The translations under genes were made by a program, and so were the position numbers. From the NCBI GenBank assembly GCA_900088475.1, contig FLMG01004237.1, positions 1 to 44,149 of the forward strand: a stretch of 44,149 nucleotides of DNA. The letters run 5' to 3'. The notes under the pieces are model-generated. The model worked only from the letters and a program-made list of their open reading frames with translations. It ran no database searches and was not told where the DNA came from. The number at the start of each line of letters is the position of its first letter. Within the stretch, counting starts at the first letter, position 1. Below are positions 1 to 11,688 of the stretch, piece by piece. Source of the stretch: Hyphochytrium catenoides. Its lineage: Eukaryota; Protista; Hyphochytriomycota.

Positions 1-990
1 GCCCTAATCCGCTGCCCAAACCGCTGCCCTCTTCCCTAACCCGCTGTCCTCTGCCATAACCCGCTGCCCTGCCCTAAACCGCTGCCCTCTGCCATAACCC
101 GCTGCCCTAAACCACTGCCCTTCGCCCTAGCCCCCCTGCCCTCCGCCCTAACCCGCTGCCCTCTACCCTAACCCGCTGCCCTAACCCGCTGTCCTCTGCC
201 GTAATCGCTGCAGTAAGTTGCTGCCCTCGTACCCGTTCCCCTATTCTGCTGCCCTAACTCGTTGCCCTAACTTGCCGCCCTTGCCCTAACCCACTTGCTT
301 ACGCTTACCTAACGCGCTTTCACGTCCTGCTCCCATCGCTCTAACCGTAAGCCGCTGACATAAGCTTAACCTGCTGTACTACCTCGCTGCGTTAACGCAC
401 TGATCTAACCCGTCGCTATGCCACTGCCATACCTCATTGCCATATCCCATTGCCATATCCCACTACCATATCCCACGGTTCTAACGCTGTCCTAACCTAC
501 TGCCTCAACCTGCTGCCACATGCTGCTGCCAATACCTCCTCCTCTCAATCGCTGCCATAAGCCGCCGCCATAATCCGTTGCCATAAACCGCTGCCATAAC
601 CCGTTGCCATAGATTGCTGCCATAACGGCCGCCATAAACCGCTGCCATAGTTTTCGCCATAAATCGCTTTTCGCCATAAATCGCTGCCATAATCCGCTGC
701 CTTGCACCGCTGCCTTACACCGCCGGTACCAGCAGCTATAAAATCCCTCCGTCATAACCTGCTGCCACAAACCAATGCTATCAACTGCTGCCACCGACGG
801 CTGTCCTTTTCCTCATCGCTGCTTCCGTCTTAACGTGCTGCTGTTATCTTATCCCTCAGCGGTTTCCTTGTCCCACTGACCTTTCGCTAACCCGCAACCC
901 TTTCATTAACTCCGCGGCCATAACCCACTGCTATAAGCTTCAGCCATATCCCGCTGCCATAACCCGCTCACGTAAACCGCATCCATAACC
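1..990. repeat. Degenerate telomere-associated tandem repeat, ~12-13 bp unit GCCCTAACCCGCT / GCCATAACCCGCT
   Basis: Many imperfect copies (ccctaacccgctg, gccataacccgctg, gccataaaccgctg). Contains the canonical telomeric hexamer CCCTAA on the C-rich strand at the window's 5' edge. Confidence 0.8.
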
Positions 991-3814
991 TCCTGCCAAT
1001 AAGCCTTGCTTCGTGTATCATATCTTTTTCCGCTGGATTGCTTTGCTCCTATTCTACATGCTTCTTCTTACTCCTAATCCAGTACTCCCGAATTGCGGTC
1101 TTCTCGCTCCTACTTTCGAGCTCTGTTTCAATATCCTTCATCTCGCGAACTACGTTCCTCTCTATGAATCCTTGCTAATGCTCTGTTTTTTGCTTGCTCT
1201 AACCTTTGCCTCCATTGCTGTTCGTCTTTATCAGTTGTTCTTTCCTGTAACTAACTGCTTCCCTTATTTTTCCTCACTTAAAATGCTCCCTTCCTGTTAT
1301 CCCCTCCGCTTGACTCCTTTGCTCCTGTCCTAGATGCTTCTGACTCTAAACTTCACGTTTTGTTAGTTACTCCTAGTTCCCCGCGCTCCTGCTTCCCTCT
1401 GCTTATTCTCACGAGCTTTGTCCTCTGCACCACCCCCGCTCTGATATCCCTCCCCTTTGCTCTTCGCCTTTATCTCTCTGGCTTCCATGCTCTTCTCAGA
1501 GTGCTCATTCTGTCATTTTTGTCCCTTTAAATCTTTTGCCCTTACCTGCATGCCGCTCATTCTTTTCCGACATCTCGTCTTCTTGTCGGGCACTCCACTT
1601 TCCCGCGCTGTTTCACTCTGCACGTTCTCCCGAAACTCGCTCTTAGCACCATCGGTTCTGATGCTCTTTCTCTCCCTTGATGTTCGTCTTTATCGCCTTT
1701 CTTACAATTAGCTTACAATTAGCATCTGCCTTCCGACTCTCTTTCCTAACTCTAAAATGCCCTAAGAACAGAGACACCTACACAAACAGACAATCCAGCT
1801 TAGGACTTCCAGAAGATTGCGCAAGAGCAAACACTTCTCTGATGCTATCGTTCCACCTTCCTCTTGTTCTTTATCTGTTTCACCTTATTACGACTGCTCC
1901 CCCACTATCCTCTTTTCCTTAGATTGCGCCGTTTGTTAATTCCTGTTTAAATGATCTGGTTGGTTCCGAACTACATGCTTGTCACTTCCACTCCGATAAT
2001 TCACCTTTTCTCCTCACTGTAACTCTCGGAGAAGATATTATCCTTCTTAGAACAGTTGATGAGCAGAGAAGCATGATCCGACTCCCTCTTCATAAGCGAG
2101 AAGAGCTCCCTGTTTTCTCGTCTCCATCTATTTTCCTCCTTATACCCTCGGGCTCTTTTCTTTGTCTCCTTGCATTCCATACTTATCTCTTTCTATTCTC
2201 CTCTCATCGTCGACTTCCCTTTCTGGGTCCGTCATTCACTTCACTAGCTCTCTTTTCTTCCGTCTCTCCCTCTCTCCTTCCACCATGCCTCGCACTTTCT
2301 TATGGTTGTAATTAGGTTACGCCTAGATTCTGCCATCACCGGAGAGAGGGAAGGAGGGCCCTGTGTGACGGCAACTGGAGTTAAGGTACATGGTAAACTG
2401 GTTCCCGACCCGCCCTCTGTTGCCGGACAGCTTATGTCGAGGCGAGATCTACTTCTGCCGTTCAGCTTGATTGCTGCAGAATTCCTGCCGGGGATATTTC
2501 TGCTTCGCTTCTCTCCCTCTTTTTGTCCCTCACTGCCCTCTGATGGGATGGGTTTGCCCTAGAAAGCTATTAAGCTTAAGCCAACGCTTCTCCGGAAGAA
2601 GAGAGAAGGCAATCGTGCGGTTTGGCATGATGGGACGCAGTTAATTATATTCCTACGAGCTGGAATGTAAGGGAGCGAGAATCCAAGTAGGAAAGGATGC
2701 CCAGAACATGTCCCCCTGTTGCTTCGAAAAAAAGCGGTGCTGTGAAAGTAATGGCATGGGATGAAGGGCAGCTAAGAGCACGAGATACGTATCATGCCGA
2801 TCAAGAACTGCGAGCATTGTATCATCGCATAATTCCGGAAGAACTGCTCCTTCCATGCCGTTGCCCAACGTCGTCTATGATCCCCTCACCCTTCATCTAC
2901 TAGTCACCTTCACTCTCCTCCCTTACGCCTCTGCCTTTCTGCTTGCAGAAGGCCCTATGTGCAGGAGCGTTTTTCTTTGCCATTTTTGATGTTTCGTCTC
3001 TGAAGCTGTTCATGAATGTATTTCTCCTGCACCTCTTGTCATGAAGCTTACGTTAGGCATAAGAAGAACATTACTAGTGGCGCTATTGGCGATGGAGTTT
3101 GAAGGGGGCGGGCTGAGGGATGCTAGGTTGTACTACTAAGAACTTGATTAAATTCTGGACAAGGCAAGACAAATGAGAGCTCTATTTTTAAGGTCGCGGC
3201 GAAGAGAAACAATGAAATTAGGGGGGAATGTTGAAGTTAGGTCCCTGTGGGATGGGAGTTTAGCTAAAGAAAGGGATGTACAGAAAAGGGACCAGATTGG
3301 AGAAGAACGCTGCTACTAACTCCGGGTTAACGCAACACACTATGCAGAAGCCCGAAGGGATAAGAGGTACGTAGACTGAAGAGTCCCCCATTGTAAGTCA
3401 AAAAGAAGATAGACAGATTGTGTAGGTGGACACAGGGTATAGAGAATGAGAGAGACGGAAGGAGAAAGGGAAAGGTAGGAAACGCTTGAAGGAAGAAATG
3501 AGTGGATAATGAACAGCGATGAATGAACGAGAACGCTGTGTCAAAAGGAGGAGGAAGAAGAGTTATGGAGGTGAGGAAAGGAAGCCAGAAAAAGCGAATG
3601 GCGGATGGGAGCTAGGGAAGGGATTTATTTTTAGACGGTGATCATAACTGTAGGGGAAGAAGGAACGTGTAGAGCAGGCTATCCAAAACATAGAAAGCCC
3701 GCTGGGGAAGAAACATGAGAGTAAGAATTGTCCCAGAAGACAAGAGAGGACACAAAAGGGAGGTTTATACATACCAGGACAGGGCAAGAGTAGGAGAGAC
3801 GCAGTTGCGGGACT

Positions 3815-4575
3815 ACATGCCAGCCTTTGATATAGGTCTACTCCTTGCCAACATAAGTACCAACTAGCTGCCAATAGTTTCCCATCCATAGATGCCAACT
3901 TAAATTAGGTCTTCTAACCCTCAGCGACTTGAGTCCGCCACCTAGGTGCCAGGCAGGAAGTCAGAGGAGCCCCCTAGGTACTAGCTCTGTCGTGCACGTA
4001 TTGATCCTAAAAGCCCTCGCCACCCTAGCTTCCATCCTTTGTGCGAAATTAGGCATTAAACTAGAACGTAACAGTCCAAGGATGTCAGCCCTAGCAAATG
4101 CCAGGCAAAGCGCTGCTGGCTCTGGTACCAGCTTTGGCGTTAGGCTTGATGGCCGCCTGGAATGCCCTACGATGTCAGCGTTGATGCGAGCCATACTTGC
4201 CACCCTAGCTTTCGGAGTAGGGGCCAGGATAGGTAAGAACATATCCTAAGGTAACTGGCCAGTCGCAGTATTATCAAGTGCCAGACTAAGTGCCCCCATC
4301 AGCCTTTGGCGTCAGCCTCGGTGGACTTATGCTGCGCCACCTGTGGGTGGCACTGTATGTGTCTGCATCATGAGTGCCAACCTCGGTACAGCATAGGATG
4401 ATGGACTCTAAGCATGAGTATCATAGGTATCTAGTCTAGGGCCAGCCTTGGTGCCACGTTTATGCCATCCTACTTTATCAAATTCGAAGCTAAGCAGCAG
4501 CCTAGGCACCAGCTGCCACCGTGGACGGGAGGGCTACTCCATGACCATATTGCCAATTTACATGCTACCCTAGTT
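3815..4575. repeat. Highly decayed short-period repeat (GCCA(G/A/C)CCTWGRT-like, ~12 bp)
   Basis: Recurring gccaccctagct (~4019, ~4199), gatgtcagc (4081, 4171), gccagccttggtgcca (4441) and many TGCCA motifs. Period estimated by eye. Confidence 0.35.
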
Positions 4576-5920
4576 TCCCCTATCTTCAGGGGTGAGGAGG
4601 AGGCCGGAGGGACACCTCGTCTGTCAGCACATGGAGGCTTTCCGTCTAATGATTATTACGGAACAGCAGAAAGAATGATCTAAGAAATAAAGCAGGTATT
4701 CCAGGTGCAGTAGTTGGGCAGTAGTAGGAAGGCCTGCTCCTGGCAGCGCGGTAGTAGTTCTACAGCGGTAGGAGAAAGGAATAGCAGTAGAACACTAGAC
4801 CGTTGGCACTGTTTCATGATCTTCTTATATTGACAAAAAGATGAAAGACCGTTCTATCTCATTCTGTGCTGGCTGTCTGGGCTCTGAATGTAGCCATAGA
4901 TAGTGCTGGCCACCTCTCTGCGCATCCAATTCCAGTATCAAGGAAAGACTGAAGATACTGAGTTCCGGTGAGAAGAGTCTCGCGCTCGCATGAGGGTACG
5001 GCTTGTTAGCTCTTCGAGGCAGGCCATGCATCAAACCCTCGCGATCGAGATGGACAACCAGCGCAGGCTGATTGAGCTGTGTCGCGTATATCATGCGTTA
5101 CTGCCGGGACACAGTGAGCTGAATATATGCTGTGGTTCGACGGCTTCCTGCCGTCTTTGCCCTTGAATACTCTTTCAACATGTAGCACCATAATAACAAT
5201 TCTACTACTACTCTTCTTCTACCCAGAACAGATCAGAACAGGTCAGATGCCTTCCTGCATCATAGCTCATTCAGGAGTTCCCTTGATTAATGTCCACCGG
5301 CTTTGAGCGACGGGACGAACCGATCGAGCACCACCACCAGATCGTTGGTCTGTTTCTATACAGCTTGGTTGGTTGCCGTTAGTCAGCTAACCATCATTGT
5401 GAGTCTTACGAAACTTCGCAGCATATGAGCAAGTCCTCTGGAGTGCCCTAACGGATGATAGCTAATATTGCAACAAGAGTAGTAGTCAAACCCTAACAAG
5501 AACATACAGGAATCAGGACATGGAGGATATGACACCTAGGTAGGATGACCCAAAGGGCATGGAAGGAGACATTACCTAGATAGGCATATTGAAGTAGCCA
5601 GAATGCTGCGGATACCTGTCCAAGGTACAGTATTAATGTAGGGCTTACAGGACTTACAAAGGATGTAGGAGAGAACAGACAGTAGCAGAAGATAAAGCGA
5701 AGTAGGATAGCACAAGGAGCACATAAGTTAGAAGGTACAGTAGAGAACAGAGCAGACAGAGAAGAGCAGAGTATATCATAGCGCTTCGTAGAGAACCTAA
5801 GAACTAATTCAGTCAGTCGTCGAGAAGTTTCAGAACAAGATCAAAGACTCGCGCTATTATTCCTCAAAGAATTTATTAGCGCCGCTCGCCAGGCACGCGA
5901 GGCGTTTAGCTACAGGACAG

Positions 5921-5986
5921 GGGACAGAGAAGAGGGAGAGAGAGAGAGAGAGAGAGGGAGAGAGAGGAGANNNNNGGGGGGGGGAG
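5921..5986. repeat. (GA)n microsatellite with assembly gap
   Basis: Direct sequence; Ns at 5971-5975. Confidence 0.9.
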
Positions 5987-6619
5987 AATGTAGTGACTCT
6001 ATAGACGCGCTAGTTATCTACAGCTGCACTGCTTGTAGCAAAATAGGCTGCTTAAAGAGTCGCGAAACCTTAATTGATGGCTGGGGAGCTAAGGGTTAGT
6101 AACAAGTGGAGGGGGATCACGCGTAGGGAGCAAATAGAGGAAGAAGAAGATAGGAAGAAGAAGATAGCTAGATATACATTCACTGCGAAAAGCAAGTAAC
6201 AGAAGTGGCGGCAGAAGAGGGGCATCGGCGCAAATCCTATCACGGTAGACGTCAACTCCTCTACTACCTACCGCACGCGGCGTAAACCAGGTTAAGCTAC
6301 CCTACTGTCTGGAGGAAAGAGCCAAAGAAGAAGAAGACTCAAAGATTTTGACATAAAGAAAGAGACGATTCACTTTTGGCTCACCAGATGGTGTGGCCAG
6401 AGCACAAGAATGTTGTATAAGCTTCTGGCTGATGTGGCGCTTGACAATACTGGTCTGGGAAGCTTTCTTTGCCGCCTGGCTGGGTCAAGCGGAGCTATGC
6501 CCTTGACCCCAAAGTGTAAGTGGTAGTAGTGCGGGGCTGTTGTATCAAGCAAGAAGATGGTTGAGAGCCTTCAGCCGAATTGCTTCGTATCTTCCTTGTC
6601 GCCTTGTCCTCCGTCTATG

Positions 6620-7450
6620 CAGGTGATAGGCTAGGTAGTAGGCTTTCATCTGAATGGCAACGGCCCATGAATTTGATGGTTATGTCTCTTGCTTGGCCGC
6701 TCATGAACGCGGAGGCGTCTCGTATCCTCAAGGAATCTCTTTAGTTCTGTCCGAGCGAGGGGAAGTCGGCGGGCAGAAGGCGGCTGTTCTTCTCATTAGT
6801 AGCTTTCAACAACGACGTCCGCTGTCCCGGTGATATCGTTTCGGCTCCCTCGCTAGCTCTCCGTCGCGTGATTGCCTCGTGCTGAATGCACCGCTGTGAG
6901 CGAAATTTCTGCTAAGCACTGATTGAGCGACTCTGAAGGGTGTACCCTGTCCTTGGTAAGCGTCGATGGGACCCTTCTTTGCTGATCGCTTTTGCTGCCC
7001 AAGATCTTAAATAAAGACTGCCTCCCCTTCGTTAGCGCTAGCGCCGCATTGTCTGCTGGAGCTATCTCTAATTGCAAACCGTTGATTCCAAGGACACATA
7101 GCTGTGTCTCTTTCTGCCCGAGGAAGCAATACTAATTTTTTGGCCTCCGTAGTATAAAGAAGAAGTATGTAATATAGGATTCGTACAGTCAGAGGCTGCC
7201 AATAGCAGCTAAATCCTTGGCAAACCGTGTTGTCTTAACAGTGCAAGCCGGGAGCTACTAAACACCAGGCGACCCATGAAGTCTGAATGCCTTGGATTGA
7301 ACTGGTGGTTCTTGCCATTGCCGGGTCTTACAACCCTTCGCCCAGCCATAGAGAAAGAAAGACAATGCCTCCTCCAGAGGGTGGAGGTCAACACCTGCGA
7401 CCAAAGAAGAAGCGCACGGATGTGAGAGCACAGAGGTCTAAGACGAGGAA
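6620..7450 (-). mobile_element. Decayed tyrosine recombinase of a DIRS/Ngaro-type (YR) retrotransposon, or a Crypton-like element
   Basis: Hand translation of the minus strand across frameshifts and stops gives the YR motifs in the correct order: YFFFILRR (~7144-7167, box I, cf. GYFFLLRxSE), GSKSDQ (~6982-6999, cf. SKTDQ) and DSLRIRDASAFMSGQARDITIKFMGRCHSD (6648-6737, cf. HSLRIGGASA...IK..GRW.SD). Confidence 0.7.
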
Positions 7451-7989
7451 AGTCATAGCTTGATTGCCGCGTCGGCTGCTCATCGACGTAGCCAGCGCTG
7501 GGTCTTCTCCACTATGGCGGACATACTGCTAGTGAAGAAACGCACGTGCAGGGGCCGTTCAAGGAACGCGGCCAAAGAAGTTTACACGTCAACAGAAGAG
7601 CATAAGCGGCTTGATAGTTCTAGACAAGGTCAAGAGCACGGCGACCCGCCCATATAGGAAACCTTCAAATACTCCTTGACGGTAGACATTCGAATCGCCT
7701 AGTCGTTCATTGACGGCACCCAAGACGATTACTAAATCGGGGCTAGCCATCTCGATAAAGGCAGCAAGCTTACTCTGTTCAGGCCGCGACATGATCAATA
7801 AGATTTTCCGACCTCCTCCAGATCGGGGGAGGTTGCAGTGGGTACAAGAGCGCCTGGCTCTCCGTTCCCGTACGATGACATGGGATTGCTGGAGCAGTCA
7901 GAGGAGCGCCATGGCTTCCTTCAGCTTGTTGGTGTCAAGAATGTACATCATAAGTTCTGTTCCCGTCACTGGAAGTGCGCTCATCTCCG

Positions 7990-9200
7990 TCTTCTTTCTG
8001 TTCCCTCCTCCCCTACTTCTCGGGTCGTCTTCGTTCTCTTTCTCTCCGGCATGCTGGGGCTTTCCTTGCCGCTTCTCCCTGTAGGGCGCGGCGCTGCTGC
8101 ATAAGGCTCAGTCGCCTGTTTTATTTCGGGTTATGCTTCGGCGCTTCCTTGGCCTTTCTTTTCTACAGTCACCTCCTGCTGTATGTGAGAGCTGCCGAAG
8201 ACACGAAAACGTTGTCTACGGAGACCATGCGATGGTCTGTCGCACGGGTGGCGGCGCCTCCTCCCGCCGTAATAACCGTGTTCTTTTCTCCCTTTTGTGT
8301 TCTGCAGTGTCGGACGCTTGATACCGCTGCTCCCGTCGTGAGCCGCTCCACTTGTTCTCTCACTTCCCCTTCTCCCGCCCTGGTGACCTGGCGGTCCCTG
8401 GATTTTATAGTAATCGGTTCCTAGTCACAGCCTTTGATATCTCTGTCACCCATTCGCTGCAAAGAAATACCCTTCGTTATGCAGCGGAACAGTCCGGATA
8501 TCAGATGGCTGCGGTTGAGGACCGTAAACGCCACACGTACCTGGCCGCTTGCCATGCCCACCAGATCGACTTCCTCCCTCTAGTTTGGGAGTCCTTCGGT
8601 GGGGGTTATTCTGCCTCCGTTGCGGCGTTTGTTAATTCTATTTGTGCTGCCTAGGCTGATTGACTGTTGTTCTGGAACGCGATGTACACTTCTTTCGTCA
8701 TCGCTTAATCAGGCAAATGTCTTTGGCTTTACATGAAGAGGCCTCTCGTATGGTTGTTTAACAGATTACCGCCTTCAGCGCCCTTTCTTGTCGCCTTTCA
8801 CCCTTCTTCTTCTCTGCTCTCTTCTTCTCCTCTCCTTTCTGCTTCTTCTTCACCCGCTTCTACCGCTGCTCCAGCCCCAGCTCCAGCTCCTGACGACACC
8901 CTTGCGGTTGGAGGTCGTGAGGAGGATCTAACTTTTACCTCTCTCACATCATTGGAGAGGAGGATGAGCTCCTTGCCTCCTCCTCGCGATCGGTGGCCCC
9001 ACAGCCGCTTCCTCCCCCCGTCAATGCCCGGCCCTAGAGGGCCGGGTGAAGTCCTTCCTCCTCCGCTCTTCTTTTCTTTATGGTCTACATTTCTTGCTTG
9101 TTTCTCTTTTAGTCTTCGTGGTACATATTTGCATCTCTTCGTGTTCTTCAAACAGTAGTCCACTAGTGAACACTCTTTAGTATTTTTGGACTAATAAAGG
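7990..9200 (+). mobile_element. 5'-truncated, decayed CRE/R2-superfamily non-LTR retrotransposon (CCHC knuckle + restriction-like endonuclease + pyrimidine-rich 3' UTR)
   Basis: Motif order: RLRSLSLRHAGAFLAASP, MLRRFLGL, CESC...YGDHAMVC (CCHC), EPLHL...RPGDL (RLE RPxD), FDISVTHSL, AAVEDRKRHTY, FLPLVWESFGG. In-frame stops at 8319-8321 and 8652-8654. AATAAA near 9193. Confidence 0.8.
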
Positions 9201-9230
9201 CCACATCAAGGAAAGAAACTGTTTATAAAA

Positions 9231-9750
9231 AAGTCTCTTGGTGGTGGTGCTATGCCGCATGTCCTGGACTCTGTGCAACAGCTAGTCAAGCTTCAATGTG
9301 ATCGTGCCGCCGCTCTTGAGGCTTCCCGTCCTCTTGGTCATTGGTCTCGGTTGGCAAAAGTTCTGAGTCGCCATACCAGAATCTCTTTCGCCATCCATGA
9401 AGAGAATCCGATTCAGATTCTGAAGCGTATTTCTGTTCAGCAGGTGGAGCCCGCACTCGCTTGTATGATTGAGCGCGATAATGATGATGGTCTCGGCGCC
9501 ACGCCCCTTTCTTCTTCTCCTCCTCCGCCTCCATCATTATGGCGGAAGAGTTCAAGTGTGATTCTTCTTCTTTTTTTTCCGTCATATTGATAGCGAGGGT
9601 GGCGGAGGAGAACGCGTTGTAAATTCCAGGGCTTTGTAGCTCTCGTCTCCTCTTCTTTTCTCTTCTTCTTCTCCTTCTTCTTCTCTTCCTTCTTCTTCTC
9701 CTTCTTCTTCTCTTCTTTTCTTCTACTTCTTCATTTACTCCTCTTTAGTC
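9231..9750 (+). mobile_element. Second short 3'-end fragment of an RLE non-LTR element with (TTC)n-rich tail
   Basis: KSLGGGAMPHVLDSVQQLV...RISFAIHEENPIQILKR parallels the RLE C-terminus (E.FGG...RLS.AI..GNA..IL.R) and the first copy's ESFGGGYS. A (CTT)n tract follows at ~9650-9735. Confidence 0.5.
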
Positions 9751-11688
9751 ATTAGTTATATATACAATCATCTACAAAAAACAAAAGACGGCGGGCGAGC
9801 AATAATACTTCACATTGTTCTTTGTGTGGCATTGATAGCCGCTCTTGCTCTCCTGAAGGTAGATCATCGCTGGATGAGATCTGCTGGCTGCTGAGCCTGT
9901 CCTTACGACACTCGTTTTCCATCATCATCACTCTCACCCATGATCTCAAGCCTGCGTATCTATGATGATGGTGTCTGCAGCCCTACTTTGCTATGGAGCC
10001 TGAGTTATTTGACAGAATTTCCTCCTGTTGCATGCCGATAACCAGTGCTAAATAAAAGGATCTTCTTGCTTCTTGAGCTCTACTACCAAGAGCAGCAGCA
10101 CTCGCTCGTTCATCTTATTCATTCTTTGAGAGGCAGTTTTCTCGCCAAACGTCGTTTCTATCTCATCTTCTTCTTCTTGTCCTCTTTTCCTCTAGAAGAA
10201 GTTCTTTCGTATGTTTATTCTCCCCATAATACCTTGCTCTCCAGATTGGTCGCGCCTTGCTAAACGGAGGTTCTCAGTCAAGAAGTTGTTTCATCTAGGA
10301 GTAACAAGAACGTCTTTTGATAAGTAGCAGAGTCTGCCCGTTGATGAAGCTTCCTGCTGCTTTCTCAGCAATTGTCAACGACGGAGGAGAATGGTAGAAA
10401 TAAGGTTCTCACAGGCCTCACAGTAGGAGCCAGCATTTTTAGCTACTAGTACCTCTTCTTCCACTCTACTAGCTCTCTGTCTTACATCATCATCATGTCG
10501 CACTGCAACTGCATTCCCTTTGTTTGTCATGGTCGTCTCTCGTTTTTTTACGCCTCCGAGTCACATAATAAGGAGGTTCATTGCCGTAAACAAAGAAGCT
10601 CGCTGCTGTGGATGCATCATGCTGCCTTCTTCAAAATGTGGACTGGCAATTAATGTCTCTCTCTCTTAGTAGTAGATCAAGCTACTAGATTAGAGCAGTA
10701 GGTATAGGTAGTTCTCAATAGCTTTGTTTCTTGTTGCCAAATGCCTGGTGGTGGGAACTGCGCGAGCTTGGTGGAGAGGTGGAGGTTACATGTTTACTTG
10801 CAGGTACTGAAAATGTTTCCATCATCACCACCATGAAACGTCACCACCGTTGCTTGGTATCGACGCTGAATGTGATGGCCAGGCTATTATACATATATAC
10901 AGTACCAACAGCTAGCTATAGTAGGAAGTCGTTCCTAGTAGTGGTGATGGCTTTGATGAATGTTCCTTGACGCCGTTTTTAGCTTCCTGGTTATTAGAAA
11001 CATTCCTAGTAGCCTCATCACGTAAATAACTCCAGCATCATCGCTACCCGCTTTCACAGTATTAGTGCCCTATCACAAGAGTCGGCCCGTGCTCAGTAAG
11101 AAGCAAACAGAATATAATGTGGAAGTGAGTGCGTCGACTGCGACGCAACAAGGTTGGTTGTTTCTGCGGCACTTCTTACTATAATATTTTGATATCTCTG
11201 TCATTGAAAACGGGGCGGGGAGGCGGCGGCGGCTCTGCAGCAGGTAGTAGGACGCCATTTGCTGCGGCAGGCGGCACTGTGAAGGTCTAGCATCGACTGA
11301 AGTATAAATAAAAATTGGTGACAGGTGACATCCACTGACGCCGCCGTATGCTGTCCTGCGCGCAGAGGTGCGTGTTATGCGGAAGCCAGGGCGTAGCCGA
11401 CCTCAGCAGCTTTCAAGAAAGTAACTTCAGCCACTCACTAGCTACTCAATCACTTAAGAAAGACCTAGTTGCCGCCATCACCCGCTTATAATCGTTTCCA
11501 GCAAGGTCATAAGCGCGTCTTTCTTCTCCTCTAGTACACCTCCATCATATCCATAAAAAGATAGAAACTATCGCTTTAAGCACTCACATGAAAGGCAGCC
11601 GACTAGCAAGGACTGTAAAGGAAAGCCAGTTAAGCATTAGGCGAGACATATATTTTTGTGTATATAAGAGGTGAGTAACTCATTGGCT

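Noticed and set aside
1-990. CRISPR array, or the coding ORFs 492-794 and 505-690
   Set aside because: Short contiguous degenerate units without unique spacers in a eukaryotic context. The ORFs are translations of the satellite.
1000-5900. Short ORFs in the pyrimidine-rich (1.0-2.3 kb) and purine-rich (3.0-3.8, 5.5-5.9 kb) blocks, and coding-looking patches at 2.3-2.9 and 4.8-5.4 kb
   Set aside because: No recognisable motifs in any frame I translated, and many stops. Probably decayed repeats or pseudo-exons that cannot be assigned by eye.
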